Shown here piece after piece: positions 28,835 through 39,413 of a DNA stretch of 64,000 bases (positions within the stretch are counted from its first letter, which is position 1; each line of letters opens with the position of its first letter). The stretch is from Alphaproteobacteria bacterium (GTDB taxonomy: Bacteria > Pseudomonadota > Alphaproteobacteria > UBA828). The stretch is from positions 416,001 to 480,000 of the forward strand of contig CBDCCI010000002.1 in the NCBI GenBank assembly GCA_965214705.1, written 5' to 3'. The position numbers were made by a program, and so were the translations under genes. The notes below the pieces were generated by a model that was given only the letters and a program-made list of their open reading frames with translations, had not been told where the DNA came from and did not search any database.

Positions 28835-29968
28835 ATGCACGAGATTCAGAAAGACCAAATCAAACGAGCAGAAGCTCTTGATCAACCCATTGAGGCGGAA
28901 GAGCTCGAAGGTCTGGATCTAGAGAGCGCGTCCTGGGGCGATTATCCTCTCGATGACCTGTTGATCCGGCGCGAAAACCGGACGATCCATGACGTCATCC
29001 GCCGTATCGACCAGTCCAACTACGTCATGGACCCGGACTTCCAGCGCGATTTCATCTGGCCTGAGGACAAACAAAGCAAGCTCATCGAGTCGGTCATCAT
29101 GCGAATACCCCTGCCGGTCTTCTACATGGCAGAGGATGATCAAGGCCGCATGGTGGTCGTGGATGGCTTGCAGCGCCTCTCTACGTTCCGCCGTTTCATA
29201 ACGGATGAGCTGAGGCTGAAGCTTCCTGACAGGCAGGAACTCCATGGCCTGCGATTCTCGGATTTATCCTCCAAGATTCAGAACCGCGTCGAAGACTGTA
29301 ACCTCATTTTCTACATCATCGACTCGAAGGTACCGGAGCGCGCTCGCCTGGACATTTTCGAACGCGTGAACGGGGGAGTCCCGCTCACTAGGCAGCAAAT
29401 GCGGAATTGTCTGTTCATGGGCGACGCGACGCGATTCCTCAAGAGCGAATCGCAGACTGACATTTTTCTCGAAGCAACGGGTCGAAGTCTGAACAGAAAC
29501 ACCATGAGGGACCGGGAGTTCGTCAACCGCTTTTGCGCCTTTCAGCTTCTGGGCGTCGATGAGTATCACGGCGACATGGATGACTTCCTTGCCCGGAGTC
29601 TTCGTCGAATGAACGCAATGGAGTCTGCTCTCCTATCGGAATTGTCGGAGGAGTTCCGCCGCGGTCTCGTCAACAATTTTACGTTGTTTGAACGACATGC
29701 ATTCCGAAAACACAAGGCTGGCCAAGAAAACCGGACGGTGCTGAACGCTTCGTTCTGGGACGTCATGTCCACCGGGTTGTCACGGTACGAGGAACGGCGC
29801 GTCTCGGCATGTGCGGAGACCCTTCGGCAATGCGTCTATTGTCTTCTGGACGACGAGGAATTCAATACTGCCATCACCTACGGCCCAAACGACGCCAGGA
29901 AGGTTAAAACGCGGTTCAACATGGCGCGACAAGCACTGCGGGAGGCTCTTGGTGATCTCACGGATTGA
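28835..29968 (+). CDS. DUF262 (GmrS/ParB-like) protein; Menshen NsnA-like
   Basis: PDFQRDFIW..KQSKLIES, PLPVFY, VVDGLQRLST, IFERVNGGVPLTRQQMRN. Confidence 0.85.
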   Translation: MHEIQKDQIKRAEALDQPIEAEELEGLDLESASWGDYPLDDLLIRRENRTIHDVIRRIDQSNYVMDPDFQRDFIWPEDKQSKLIESVIMRIPLPVFYMAEDDQGRMVVVDGLQRLSTFRRFITDELRLKLPDRQELHGLRFSDLSSKIQNRVEDCNLIFYIIDSKVPERARLDIFERVNGGVPLTRQQMRNCLFMGDATRFLKSESQTDIFLEATGRSLNRNTMRDREFVNRFCAFQLLGVDEYHGDMDDFLARSLRRMNAMESALLSELSEEFRRGLVNNFTLFERHAFRKHKAGQENRTVLNASFWDVMSTGLSRYEERRVSACAETLRQCVYCLLDDEEFNTAITYGPNDARKVKTRFNMARQALREALGDLTD

Positions 29969-31109
29969 CCTGCGGCACTTCAAGTGCTTCGAGACGCTGA
30001 AATTGTCCCTGCGCCCGCTGACCTTGCTATCGGGTAGCAATGCGACCGGAAAGTCATCGGTGATGCAGGCGCTGGTTCTTCTGCATCAAACGATGCGCGA
30101 ACACGAATGGTCGTCGCGACTGATGCTGAATGGCGCAACGATTCGTCTCGGGACCGGGGCCGATGTAATCGATCAAGTATATGGGCGCCGTAGCTGCCGA
30201 ATTGCCCTATTCGACGGAGATGCAGACCGCTTCGAGTGGGAATTCGAAGGCGAGCGCGACGAAATGTCCATGGCGGTTCAAAGGACGCAGGGCGACACGG
30301 AGAGCCATGGCGGCTGGGATACGGACGAATCTCAGGCGCTTCGGCGCCTGCTTCCGCTGGACGCGAGCGACCATCCGCTGACGGATCGGCTGTGTAGACT
30401 TACGTACTTGACCGCGGAGCGGCTCGGACCGCGCGAATACTATTCATACGACGATCCGCAGCTCACGCCCGTGGTAGGTCCGCGGGGTGAAAACGCTGTC
30501 AGCGTTCTCCATTCAGGTCGTGATCGTCAGGTTTTGCCCGAGCTGGTGGAAGCCGGAGTGCCGCACACTCGATTTCGGCAGGTGGAGGCGCGTATGGCCG
30601 GATTTTTCCCGGGCTGTGTATTGGCAGTCGAGCAAGTACCGCGCGCCAATGCGGTTACGCTCGGGGTGCGTGTATCGAGCGATACGGATTTTCATCGACC
30701 TGTGCATACCGGATTCGGGCTTACACAGGTGCTTCCCATCGTCGTCGCAGCTTTGTCGGCAAGTGAGGAGGACATGTTACTGATCGAGAATCCGGAAGTC
30801 CATCTGCACCCCGCGGGCCAGGCGGCCATGGGCGAGTTTCTGGGAAAGGTCTCGTCGGCAGGCGTGCAGGTCATGATCGAGACACACAGCGATCACGTGC
30901 TGAACGGCATCCGGCGGGCCGTCAAGGGGGGCATGTTGTCGAGTGACAATGTCGCACTTCATTTCTTCAGGCCGCGGTCGGAAACGGATGCCACTGGACC
31001 GCAGGTCCAGAGTCCGGCGATTGATTCCGACGGCAACATCGACAGCTGGCCGGATGGCTTCTTCGATCAGTTCGATCGTGACATGAACTACCTGGCCGGC
31101 TGGAGTTGA
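29952..31109 (+). CDS. ABC-type ATPase with DUF3696; Menshen NsnB-like
   Basis: HFKCF, GSNATGKS, GFGLTQVLP, LIENPEVHLHP, ETHSDH, WPDGFFDQ. Confidence 0.85.
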   Translation: MISRIDLRHFKCFETLKLSLRPLTLLSGSNATGKSSVMQALVLLHQTMREHEWSSRLMLNGATIRLGTGADVIDQVYGRRSCRIALFDGDADRFEWEFEGERDEMSMAVQRTQGDTESHGGWDTDESQALRRLLPLDASDHPLTDRLCRLTYLTAERLGPREYYSYDDPQLTPVVGPRGENAVSVLHSGRDRQVLPELVEAGVPHTRFRQVEARMAGFFPGCVLAVEQVPRANAVTLGVRVSSDTDFHRPVHTGFGLTQVLPIVVAALSASEEDMLLIENPEVHLHPAGQAAMGEFLGKVSSAGVQVMIETHSDHVLNGIRRAVKGGMLSSDNVALHFFRPRSETDATGPQVQSPAIDSDGNIDSWPDGFFDQFDRDMNYLAGWS

Positions 31110-31110
31110 C

Positions 31111-32067
31111 GTGGACCTCTTGGCTAACGACTTGTCGGTCCATGAGCAATTCCACGATCTGGCGGGATTTCGCGGTGCATTGTCGCAACTCATGGCTGTG
31201 CGTGAAGTAGCCAAGCGTCTCGGCCGGGACATCCATTGTCACCGATCATTTCTCAACACTTCCCCCATACCGGGCATTCCGCTGCAACGGGCGATTGGAA
31301 GCCTCCGGGTTGAGAGCGAACGCCGGGCCGTCATGGTCTGGCTGACTCGATCCGGTCCATTCTGGGACGATGTACGGCAGCACGGCGGGGACGACTGGCT
31401 GGAGTGCGGCGGGGAGCCCGTTACGGATAGTGCCGTGGGAGAAGCCGCCTTCCGCACCCTGCACGGTGTTGAGTGCGGTATGGTCAGCGTCTCGCCGTCG
31501 GATTGGCTCGTCACGCCTCTTGCGATAACTTGGGTTCGAGACGACGAGGGGAACCGCAACGCTGAGGTCGAGAACTGGTGGAGCGTGGAGTCACTCGAGG
31601 CGGCGCTACGGCACCGCGCGCCGGCACTCGGCTCTTGGGACGACTTGCGAGAGACATCGGGAAATAGTTTCCCGAGCCTCGTGTTTGCCGAGAATTGTTT
31701 CACACCGCTGGCGGGGGTTCCATTTGCCAGAAGTGCGGCGGATCGTTTTCTCGTGCTGCTCGATGTTCTGGACAGGCTCGCGCGCGCACGCGACGCATCC
31801 GGCGCGCGCACCGAAGGAGGCCATCGGATCTACCGAGACTACTTCATGGGCGACCGGGCGCTGTTTTCGGATTCGTCGGACGCGGAGAAGCAGAAATTCC
31901 GGCGGGAGTTGACGTTTGCCCATCCGGAAAACCCGGCAAGTTCGATGTTCTGCACTTGGCACGGCAAGGTCTCGCACTTGACCCTCCGTCTCCATTTCTC
32001 ATGGCCCATCGCAGCGGGGAAGCCAGTCTACGTCGTGTACGCCGGCCCGAAGATCACCAAGCAGTGA
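31111..32067 (+). CDS. Putative effector/nuclease; Menshen NsnC-like
   Basis: Third gene of a tight triad; C-terminal FSDSS..E, WHGK, LRLHF, VVYAGPK resembles RelE-like RNase tails (inference). Confidence 0.6.
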   Translation: MDLLANDLSVHEQFHDLAGFRGALSQLMAVREVAKRLGRDIHCHRSFLNTSPIPGIPLQRAIGSLRVESERRAVMVWLTRSGPFWDDVRQHGGDDWLECGGEPVTDSAVGEAAFRTLHGVECGMVSVSPSDWLVTPLAITWVRDDEGNRNAEVENWWSVESLEAALRHRAPALGSWDDLRETSGNSFPSLVFAENCFTPLAGVPFARSAADRFLVLLDVLDRLARARDASGARTEGGHRIYRDYFMGDRALFSDSSDAEKQKFRRELTFAHPENPASSMFCTWHGKVSHLTLRLHFSWPIAAGKPVYVVYAGPKITKQ

Positions 32068-32068
32068 T

Positions 32069-35041
32069 TTGGCGATGGCGGTGGAGAACGTATCGGATGT
32101 TCGCCTGATCGAGCGCTGGCTTCCGATCTCCAAACTCGGCATCGAGAGCACACGCGAGCGGACGCCGATGACACCATTCCCGGCTCCGAACCGTCTCCAT
32201 GTCTGGTGGGCGCGGCGGCCGTTGGTGGCGTCGCGGGCCGCCGTTCTGGCTTCCCTGCTTCCGGCGGATGCGGACCGCGAGAAGTTCCTGCATGTGCTGG
32301 GTATCCACGGCGATCCGGTGTTGGCACGCAACGCAATTGACCGAGCCCGAAGAACAGGGATCCGAGTGGACAATCCTTACGATTACAACCGGGCCTTCAG
32401 TTACTCTCCAAGCCAGGATGATCTGGAGTGGCTCAAATCTAATCTCACCGACGCACCCCACGCTCTGACGGTTTTCGATCCGACTGCGGGCGGCGGAAGT
32501 ATACCGTTTGAAACCGTCAGGATTGGTCTTACGGTAATGGCGAATGATCTCAATCCCGTAGCCGCCCTAATACTGAAGGGCACAGTGGAATGGCCCTCCA
32601 GATTTGCTCAAGAAGCAAAGAGAGAATACGATTCCTTGGCCGGCAACTGGCGTGAACAGCTCGAAAAGCGTCTGTCGGAATTTTTCCCACAGAAAGATTT
32701 GCCAGATCGACTAGACGTGACTTACCTCTGGGCGCGCACGATCGCCTGCCCCTACTGCGCGGGCCTTGTCCCGCTGTCTCCGAACTGGCGTCTGGCGCCG
32801 GGCGGAACGGGGGTGCGGCTGAATCCGGCCCTCGCTTCGGGACCGGGTTCAGAAGGTCGGACCTGTTCATTCGAGATCGTGGGGAACGCGCGGGAGCATT
32901 CGCAAGGCACGGTGTCGCGGGGGGACGGGGCGTGCCCATATACGGATTGCGGCCGCGTCATCGACGGCGACGAGATAAAAAGTCAGGCGCAGGCCGGCCA
33001 AATGGGCGAGCAACTCTACGCCGTCGTCTACAAGAAGAGCGTGCCTGGCAAGATCTTGAAATCCGGCAAGCGCGGCAAGGACCGATGGGTACGCGGTTAC
33101 CGTGCGCCGGTGCCAGGGGACGACAACAGCGCCGAAATCGCAGCGCGGCTCGCCGAGAAGCTCCCCGAGTGGGAGGCGCTCGACATGGTGCCGAACGAGA
33201 AGTTCCCCGAAGTCAGCAACGACGATCGCCCCATCCAGTACGGCATGCCGCTCTGGCGCGACCTGTTCTCGCCGCGCCAGCTTCTGTGCCACGGCACGAG
33301 CGTCGAGGTCTTCCGAGAGATGCTCGAAACGGACCGGGCGAACGGCGAGTTGACCGGCGTTCGCGAGGCGGCGTATGGGTACCTCGCCCTCAGCCTCGAT
33401 ACGATTTTGGACTACAACAATCGCGCGAGCTACTGGGACTCCATCACGGGAAGAGGAATACGGCACATATTCGCTCGTCACGATTTCGCCATTGTGTGGT
33501 CATATGCGGAAATGGCACCACTTGTAACCGGCGTGGGGTATGACTGGGCCATCTACAAAACCGTTAAGTGCATCGACGAGCTGGTCGCAATGGTCCGTCC
33601 CGAGGCGAAGGGCGAGAACGAGGATCTCTTCGAGGGCGCGAAAACCGCGGATTACGCGCCTCCGCCTATTACCATTTCCTGCAAGTCCGGCGATAGCCTC
33701 GACCATATTGCCGACGCCAGCATCGACGCGGTCGTCATGGATCCGCCCTACTACGACAACGTCATGTACGCGGAGTTGTCGGACTTCTTCTATGTCTGGC
33801 TCAAGCGCACCGCCGGCCACGTTTTTCCCGAACTGTTCCGTCGCAACCTGACCGACAAGGAGAGCGAAGCTGTTGCGAACGTGGCGCGGTTCCGGGGCGA
33901 GAAGGGCGCGAAGGCGCTTGCGGGCCGCGACTATCAGGAACGCATGGCGTCGATCTTCGCCGAGTGCCGCCGGGTGCTGAAGCCCGAAGGCATCATGACG
34001 CTCATGTTCACGCACAAGGCGACCGGCGCGTGGGATGCGCTCACTAAGGGGTTGATCGAGGCAGAATTCGCCATCACCGCCTCATGGCCGGTCAACACCG
34101 AGTCGGAAGGCGGACTACACATAAAGAACAAGGCTGCAGCAAAAAGTACGGTCCTTCTGGCATGCCGCCCACGCGGCAGCCGGGACGACGCGGGTGAAGT
34201 TGTCTACTGGGAGGATGTTGAGCCCCGTGTGGCAAAGGCGGTTCGCAAGCGGATCGGAGAGTTTCAGGAAGCGGGGATCGCTGGCGTCGATCTCTATCTG
34301 GCCTCGTTCGGTCCGGCGCTCGAAGAGTTTTCGCGCCATTGGCCGCTCAAGCGCGGCACGCCGCGCGAGATGCCGGACGAACGCCGAAGGCGGCGGCAGC
34401 AGGTATTGTTCGAGGACGAATGGGATCCCTACGCGGCGACGCCGGAGGACGCGTTCGACGCCGCGCGCCGCGAGGTCAAGCGCTGGCGCCTGGAGAAGCT
34501 GACACATCTGAAGGCGGATGCCGATCTCGATCCTTCGACCGCCTTCTTCGTGCTCGCCTGGGACGCCTTCCGGGCGCCGGTGTTCTCCTACGACGAAGCG
34601 TTGCGCTTGGCTCGCGCCGTAGGCGCGAACCTCGACGGCGACATCGTGGGCCGGCTGGCGGGGAAGAAGGGCAGCGACATCGTCCTGTGGGACAGTGCGT
34701 GCCGGGCGGCCAAAGGGGCGCTCGGTCCCGCGGACGGCTCGCGCGGCATGATCGATGCGATCCACCACGGCGCGAACCTGGCACGCATTCGATCGCTCGC
34801 CGCCGCCCGGGAATCGCTCACCGGCACAATGGTGGACCGGGACCCCCATTTCTTCGCGGCCCTCGAGGCGGTGCTGGAGGTTCTGCCGGTTTCCCGAGCC
34901 TTCTCGGGCATCGACCTCGAAGGCGAGGCCGCAGCCTCGGGCGACGACTTCGAGGTTCTCTACAATCTGAGCCGCCTGGCCTACAGCGATCACGTCGATG
35001 AGCCCGAGCAGCTCAGGCTCTGGCGCGACGATGAACCCTGA
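32069..35041 (+). CDS. DUF1156 amino (N6A/N4C) DNA methyltransferase
   Basis: RLIE..LP, LHVWWARRPL, FDPTAGGGSIP (SAM motif), Zn ribbon CPYC..CPYTDC, DPPYYDNVMYAELSDFFYVWL. Confidence 0.92.
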   Translation: MAMAVENVSDVRLIERWLPISKLGIESTRERTPMTPFPAPNRLHVWWARRPLVASRAAVLASLLPADADREKFLHVLGIHGDPVLARNAIDRARRTGIRVDNPYDYNRAFSYSPSQDDLEWLKSNLTDAPHALTVFDPTAGGGSIPFETVRIGLTVMANDLNPVAALILKGTVEWPSRFAQEAKREYDSLAGNWREQLEKRLSEFFPQKDLPDRLDVTYLWARTIACPYCAGLVPLSPNWRLAPGGTGVRLNPALASGPGSEGRTCSFEIVGNAREHSQGTVSRGDGACPYTDCGRVIDGDEIKSQAQAGQMGEQLYAVVYKKSVPGKILKSGKRGKDRWVRGYRAPVPGDDNSAEIAARLAEKLPEWEALDMVPNEKFPEVSNDDRPIQYGMPLWRDLFSPRQLLCHGTSVEVFREMLETDRANGELTGVREAAYGYLALSLDTILDYNNRASYWDSITGRGIRHIFARHDFAIVWSYAEMAPLVTGVGYDWAIYKTVKCIDELVAMVRPEAKGENEDLFEGAKTADYAPPPITISCKSGDSLDHIADASIDAVVMDPPYYDNVMYAELSDFFYVWLKRTAGHVFPELFRRNLTDKESEAVANVARFRGEKGAKALAGRDYQERMASIFAECRRVLKPEGIMTLMFTHKATGAWDALTKGLIEAEFAITASWPVNTESEGGLHIKNKAAAKSTVLLACRPRGSRDDAGEVVYWEDVEPRVAKAVRKRIGEFQEAGIAGVDLYLASFGPALEEFSRHWPLKRGTPREMPDERRRRRQQVLFEDEWDPYAATPEDAFDAARREVKRWRLEKLTHLKADADLDPSTAFFVLAWDAFRAPVFSYDEALRLARAVGANLDGDIVGRLAGKKGSDIVLWDSACRAAKGALGPADGSRGMIDAIHHGANLARIRSLAAARESLTGTMVDRDPHFFAALEAVLEVLPVSRAFSGIDLEGEAAASGDDFEVLYNLSRLAYSDHVDEPEQLRLWRDDEP

Positions 35042-35043
35042 CC

Positions 35044-38000
35044 ATGCTGCGGGATCGCGAATGGCGGCTCAAATACACTGCCGAGGACGGCGATCTCGTC
35101 CGGCTGTTCTACATCCCGGCGCTTGAGGACGCGGAGCGCTACGATCGGCTGACCGGGTATTTCAACGCGGGCGCCCTGGCACTCGCTGCGCGCGGCATCG
35201 AAGGTCTGGTGCGAAACGACGGTCGCATGAGGCTCGTCGTCGGCTGTACCCTGGACCCGCCGGAGATCGACGCGATCGAGCGGGGCGAGCAACTCCGCAG
35301 CCTCGTCGAAAGGCGCCTGACCGGCTTTCCGCTTGCCCCGCCCGATCCGGCGTCGGCCGGCGCGCTTGAACTGCTGGCGTGGATGGTCGCGCGCGGATTC
35401 CTTGAAGTGAAGGTCGCCGTCCCTTGCGACGCGGCCGGCACGCCGGTCGCGGAGGACGGCATCTTTCACGAGAAGACCGGGATCGTCGAGGATCGGGTCG
35501 GCGACCGGCTCGCATGGTCGGGGAGCCTGAACGAGACCGGCGCCGGCTGGCGGAGCAACTGGGAGAGCATCGGCGTCTATACCAGTTGGGGACCCGAGCC
35601 CGGACGTGTCGATGAGGAGGAAACGAACTTCGCGCGCATCTGGGCCGGAAAGGCGAAGCGCGTGATCGTGATGGACGTGCCGGAGGCGGCACGCCGGGAT
35701 CTGATGCGCTTCATGCCGGCAACGGACATGCCGGCCCAACTTGAACCGAAGTCGGGCGACGAGCCGTCGGAGCGGTCCGTTGGCGATGCCGGGCCCCCGC
35801 CGCTTCCGGCCACGACTCCTGCTGCGCCGCCGAAGGGTGACTTGCGGGGCCGGGTCTGGAGATTCATTCGGGAGGCGCCGTCGCGTGCGCACGGCGGCGA
35901 GCGGGTCGGCGAGGCGACCGCGGCGGTCGATCCCTGGCCGCATCAGGCGAGGGCTTTCGAGCGCCTGTACGGCGACTGGCCGCCGAGGCTCCTGATTGCG
36001 GACGAGGTGGGGCTCGGCAAGACCGTCCAGGCGGGCATGCTGCTGCGCCAGGCTTGGCTCGCCGAACGCACCAGGCGCATCCTGGTGCTCACGCCCAAGG
36101 CCGTGCTCCGCCAATGGCAGATCGAACTGCGGGAGAAGTTCAACCTCAACTGGCCGATCTACGACGGCGGCAAGCTGACATGGTATCCGTCGCCGGCGAT
36201 GAGGGGCCGTGACGAGCGCGAGGCCGGACGCGGGGACTGGCATCGCGAGCCCGCCGTGATCGCGTCGAGCCAGTTGATGCGCCGGAGCGATCGCGTAGCG
36301 GAGCTCCTCGAACGGGCGGAGCCGTGGGATCTGGTGGTGCTCGACGAGGCGCATCACGCGCGGCGGCGCGGCGCGGGCAGCCAGCGCGACGGCGGGCCCA
36401 ACACGCTGCTCAGGCTGATGCGGGGCCTGAAGGACCGCACGGCGGGGCTGGTCCTGCTGACCGCGACGCCGATGCAGGTACACCCCATAGAGGTCTGGGA
36501 CCTGCTCGACCTGCTGGGTTTGCCGCCCGAATGGACATCGAAGGCGTTTCTCGAGTTCTTCGACAATGTCGATCAGCCGAGCCCCTCGGCGGAGGCGTTG
36601 GAGCGGATGGCTTCGCTATTCAAGGCGGCGGAGCGTGCCTACGGCGAGTTCGAGATTTCCGATGCGCAGCGCATGACGGGGCTGTCCCGGCTGAAGGTCA
36701 AAAGGGTTCTCAGTGCGTTGCGCGACGCGGCGAGCATTCCACGCCGGCAACTGGAGACCGCTGAACGACGGGCGGCAGTCGACATCATGCGTGCGGGGGC
36801 GCCGATACGCAGGCTGGTCTCGAGGAACACCCGCGAACTGCTTCGGCGCTACTTCCAGAAAGGAATGATGACCACGCCGGTCGCGGAGCGTCAGGTAGAG
36901 GATTGCTTCCTGGAGGTGTCGGACGCGGAACGCGGCATCTACGACGCGGTCGAGGACTACATCGCCGGCGCGTACAGCCGCGCGAGCGGCAAGGAGCGCA
37001 CGGCCGTAGGGTTCGTCATGACGGTCTACCGCCGACGGCTCGCCAGCAGCTTCGTGGCGCTGCGCGAGACGCTGCAGAAGCGCCGCGCCGCGATCGATGA
37101 CGGGGGACGCTCGGAACTGTTCGGCCTCGACGAGGACCTCCCGGACGACGAAGCCGCGGATGAAGCGGCCGATCCCGACGAGGCGGCAAGACTCGAACGG
37201 AGCGCCCTCGCCCACGAACAGAAAGCCGAGATCGACGGTCTGCTCGGCGCGATCGGCCGCCTGCCGCCGGACAGCAAGCTCGGCAGCCTCAAGGACGTTC
37301 TGCGCGAACTGCGCCGGGCGGGCTACGGCCAGGCGATGGTGTTCACCCAGTACACCGATACCATGGACTTCCTGCGCGAGGCGCTGGTCGAAGACGGCGA
37401 ATGGCGGCTGCTCTGCTTCTCCGGGCGCGGCGGCGAAGCGCCTGGAGCGGACGGCGCGTGGCGCACTATCGGCAGGGACGATGCGAAACGGCGGTTCCGG
37501 GACCGGGAAGCCGACGTGCTGCTGTGCACCGACGCGGCGGCCGAGGGCCTGAACTTCCAGTTCTGCGGCGCGCTGGTGAATTACGACATGCCGTGGAACC
37601 CCATGCGGGTGGAGCAGCGCATCGGACGCATCGACCGGTTGGGTCAGAAGCACGCGACCATCCGCATCATCAACCTGCACTACGAGGGGACGGTGGAAAC
37701 CGATATCTACCGCGCTCTCCGGGATCGCATCGGCCTCTTCCAGTCCGTGGTGGGGCCGCTGCAGCCAATTCTTGCCCGTTTGCCCGGGAGAATTTCGCAG
37801 TGCGTGCTTGCCGGCAAAGGCCGTGACGCTCGCGAGCGCGCAAATCTCGTCGATACCATCGAACGCGAGGCGAACGAACGCCGCGACTCGGGGTTCAATA
37901 TCGACGCGATAACGGAGAGCGATCTCGCCATGCCGGAGCGTCTGCCGTCGACCGTCACCATGGAGGACCTGGACCGAATAGTCGGATCCGGCGATCTCAT

Positions 38001-38232
38001 GGCGCCGGGCGTCGAAATCCAGCGGATGGGGCATCGGGAGTACGGTCTGCTGGCGCCGGGCATGAGCGAGCCGCTTCGTGTGACGACGGATCCGGAGTAT
38101 TTCGAGGAGCACGCCGAAAGCGTGGAACTCTGGTCGCCTGGCAATCCCCTCTTCATTGCGCCGGAGTTCGCGGACGGTGTGGATCTGGACCCGTCGCACG
38201 GGACGCTGAAGGACATCCTGGATGGGGGTTGA
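35044..38232 (+). CDS. PLD-nuclease / SNF2-family helicase fusion
   Basis: FHEKTG..SGSLNET (PLD-like), ADEVGLGKT, DEAH, LLTATPMQ, EGLNFQ, NYDMPWNP..EQRIGRIDR. Confidence 0.92.
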   Translation: MLRDREWRLKYTAEDGDLVRLFYIPALEDAERYDRLTGYFNAGALALAARGIEGLVRNDGRMRLVVGCTLDPPEIDAIERGEQLRSLVERRLTGFPLAPPDPASAGALELLAWMVARGFLEVKVAVPCDAAGTPVAEDGIFHEKTGIVEDRVGDRLAWSGSLNETGAGWRSNWESIGVYTSWGPEPGRVDEEETNFARIWAGKAKRVIVMDVPEAARRDLMRFMPATDMPAQLEPKSGDEPSERSVGDAGPPPLPATTPAAPPKGDLRGRVWRFIREAPSRAHGGERVGEATAAVDPWPHQARAFERLYGDWPPRLLIADEVGLGKTVQAGMLLRQAWLAERTRRILVLTPKAVLRQWQIELREKFNLNWPIYDGGKLTWYPSPAMRGRDEREAGRGDWHREPAVIASSQLMRRSDRVAELLERAEPWDLVVLDEAHHARRRGAGSQRDGGPNTLLRLMRGLKDRTAGLVLLTATPMQVHPIEVWDLLDLLGLPPEWTSKAFLEFFDNVDQPSPSAEALERMASLFKAAERAYGEFEISDAQRMTGLSRLKVKRVLSALRDAASIPRRQLETAERRAAVDIMRAGAPIRRLVSRNTRELLRRYFQKGMMTTPVAERQVEDCFLEVSDAERGIYDAVEDYIAGAYSRASGKERTAVGFVMTVYRRRLASSFVALRETLQKRRAAIDDGGRSELFGLDEDLPDDEAADEAADPDEAARLERSALAHEQKAEIDGLLGAIGRLPPDSKLGSLKDVLRELRRAGYGQAMVFTQYTDTMDFLREALVEDGEWRLLCFSGRGGEAPGADGAWRTIGRDDAKRRFRDREADVLLCTDAAAEGLNFQFCGALVNYDMPWNPMRVEQRIGRIDRLGQKHATIRIINLHYEGTVETDIYRALRDRIGLFQSVVGPLQPILARLPGRISQCVLAGKGRDARERANLVDTIEREANERRDSGFNIDAITESDLAMPERLPSTVTMEDLDRIVGSGDLMAPGVEIQRMGHREYGLLAPGMSEPLRVTTDPEYFEEHAESVELWSPGNPLFIAPEFADGVDLDPSHGTLKDILDGG

Positions 38233-38346
38233 TCGACCGTCGATGTGGGAACGGTTTCGGGCCTGATGTCGGCGGCGTGAACCGGGCGAGCGAAGACTTG
38301 GGCAATCGGAATCGAACAGGAGGCTACTGCGATCACACTGTCCTTC

Positions 38347-38440
38347 GTGTTGCTCGGCGCGTAGATTGCACGCCGATCGGCGCGATAAGCTATTGAAGTG
38401 GCTTGATACTAGGGGGTCACAATTGCACCCCGAGCAACAC
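38347..38440. repeat. 94-bp MITE-like unit with IS21-like ends
   Basis: 11-bp IR GTGTTGCTCGG / CCGAGCAACAC; sits where IS110 copy D loses its 5' end. Confidence 0.55.
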
Positions 38441-38444
38441 TCTC

Positions 38445-39413
38445 GACCGAGAGGTGCGCGTCCTGTGCTGCTACGAGGGCTTCTGGCTGGCTCGCTGGCT
38501 GGAACAGAAGATGTCCATCGAGACGGTGGTGCTCGATCCGGCGAGCCTGTTGGTGAACCGGAAGGCGAAGCAGCGCAAGACGGATCGGATCGATGCGAAG
38601 AAGATGGTGCGCGCCCTTCTCGCCCATGACCGGGGTGACGCCGCAGTGCTGAGCCGTGTGCGGGTTCCGAGCGTCGAGGAGGAGGATCGCAAGCGGCTGC
38701 TTCGCGAGCGTCGGCGCCTGGTGAAGGAGCGGACCTCGCTGACCAACTCGATCAAGGGGCTGCTGAAACTGCACGGCATCTTCCACTTGAACCCTCGTCT
38801 CAAAGCCTTTGAGGCGCAGTTCGCCGAGTTGATGACCGCGTGCGGCTCGCCGCTCCCGCCGCTAGCACGGCAGGAGATCGAGCGGCTCAAAGAGCGACTG
38901 TCCCTCGTGGAGCGGCAGATCGCAGAGGTCGAGGCCGAGCGAGATGGAGTCGCGAAGACGGGTGCGGAGTTCTCGATCGCGGACGCGCCGGAAGGCAGCA
39001 ACGAACAGGCGGCGGCGAAGATTGCAACGCTGACCCGGCTGAAGGGGATCGGTGAGAACGACGCGACTGTGCTCACCCATGAGATCTTCTACCGCGGCTT
39101 CCGCAATCGCCGCGAGCTCGCGGCCTGGGTCGGCGTGACGCCCGCGCCTTGGGCGAGCGGGAACACTCAGCGGGACCAGGGGATCGGCCGAGATGGCCCC
39201 GGCTGGATCCGGCAGCAGCTCATCCAAATGGCCTGGCGATGGTTGCAACATCAGCCCGAGAGCGCGCTCTCGATATGGTTTGAAGATCGCACTGCAGGAG
39301 CGCGAGGGCGGATACGCCGGGTGATGATCGTCGCTCTCGCCCGGAAGCTGCTGATCGCTCTCTGGCGGTTCTCCGAAACCGGTCTCGTGCCGACAGGCGC
39401 CAAGCTTGTCTGA
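38445..39413 (+). pseudogene. IS110 transposase copy D, 5'-truncated, with YEAGYEG collapsed to YEG
   Basis: KTDRIDAKK, RVPSVEEED, GVTPAPWASG, ALARKLLIALW. Confidence 0.88.
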
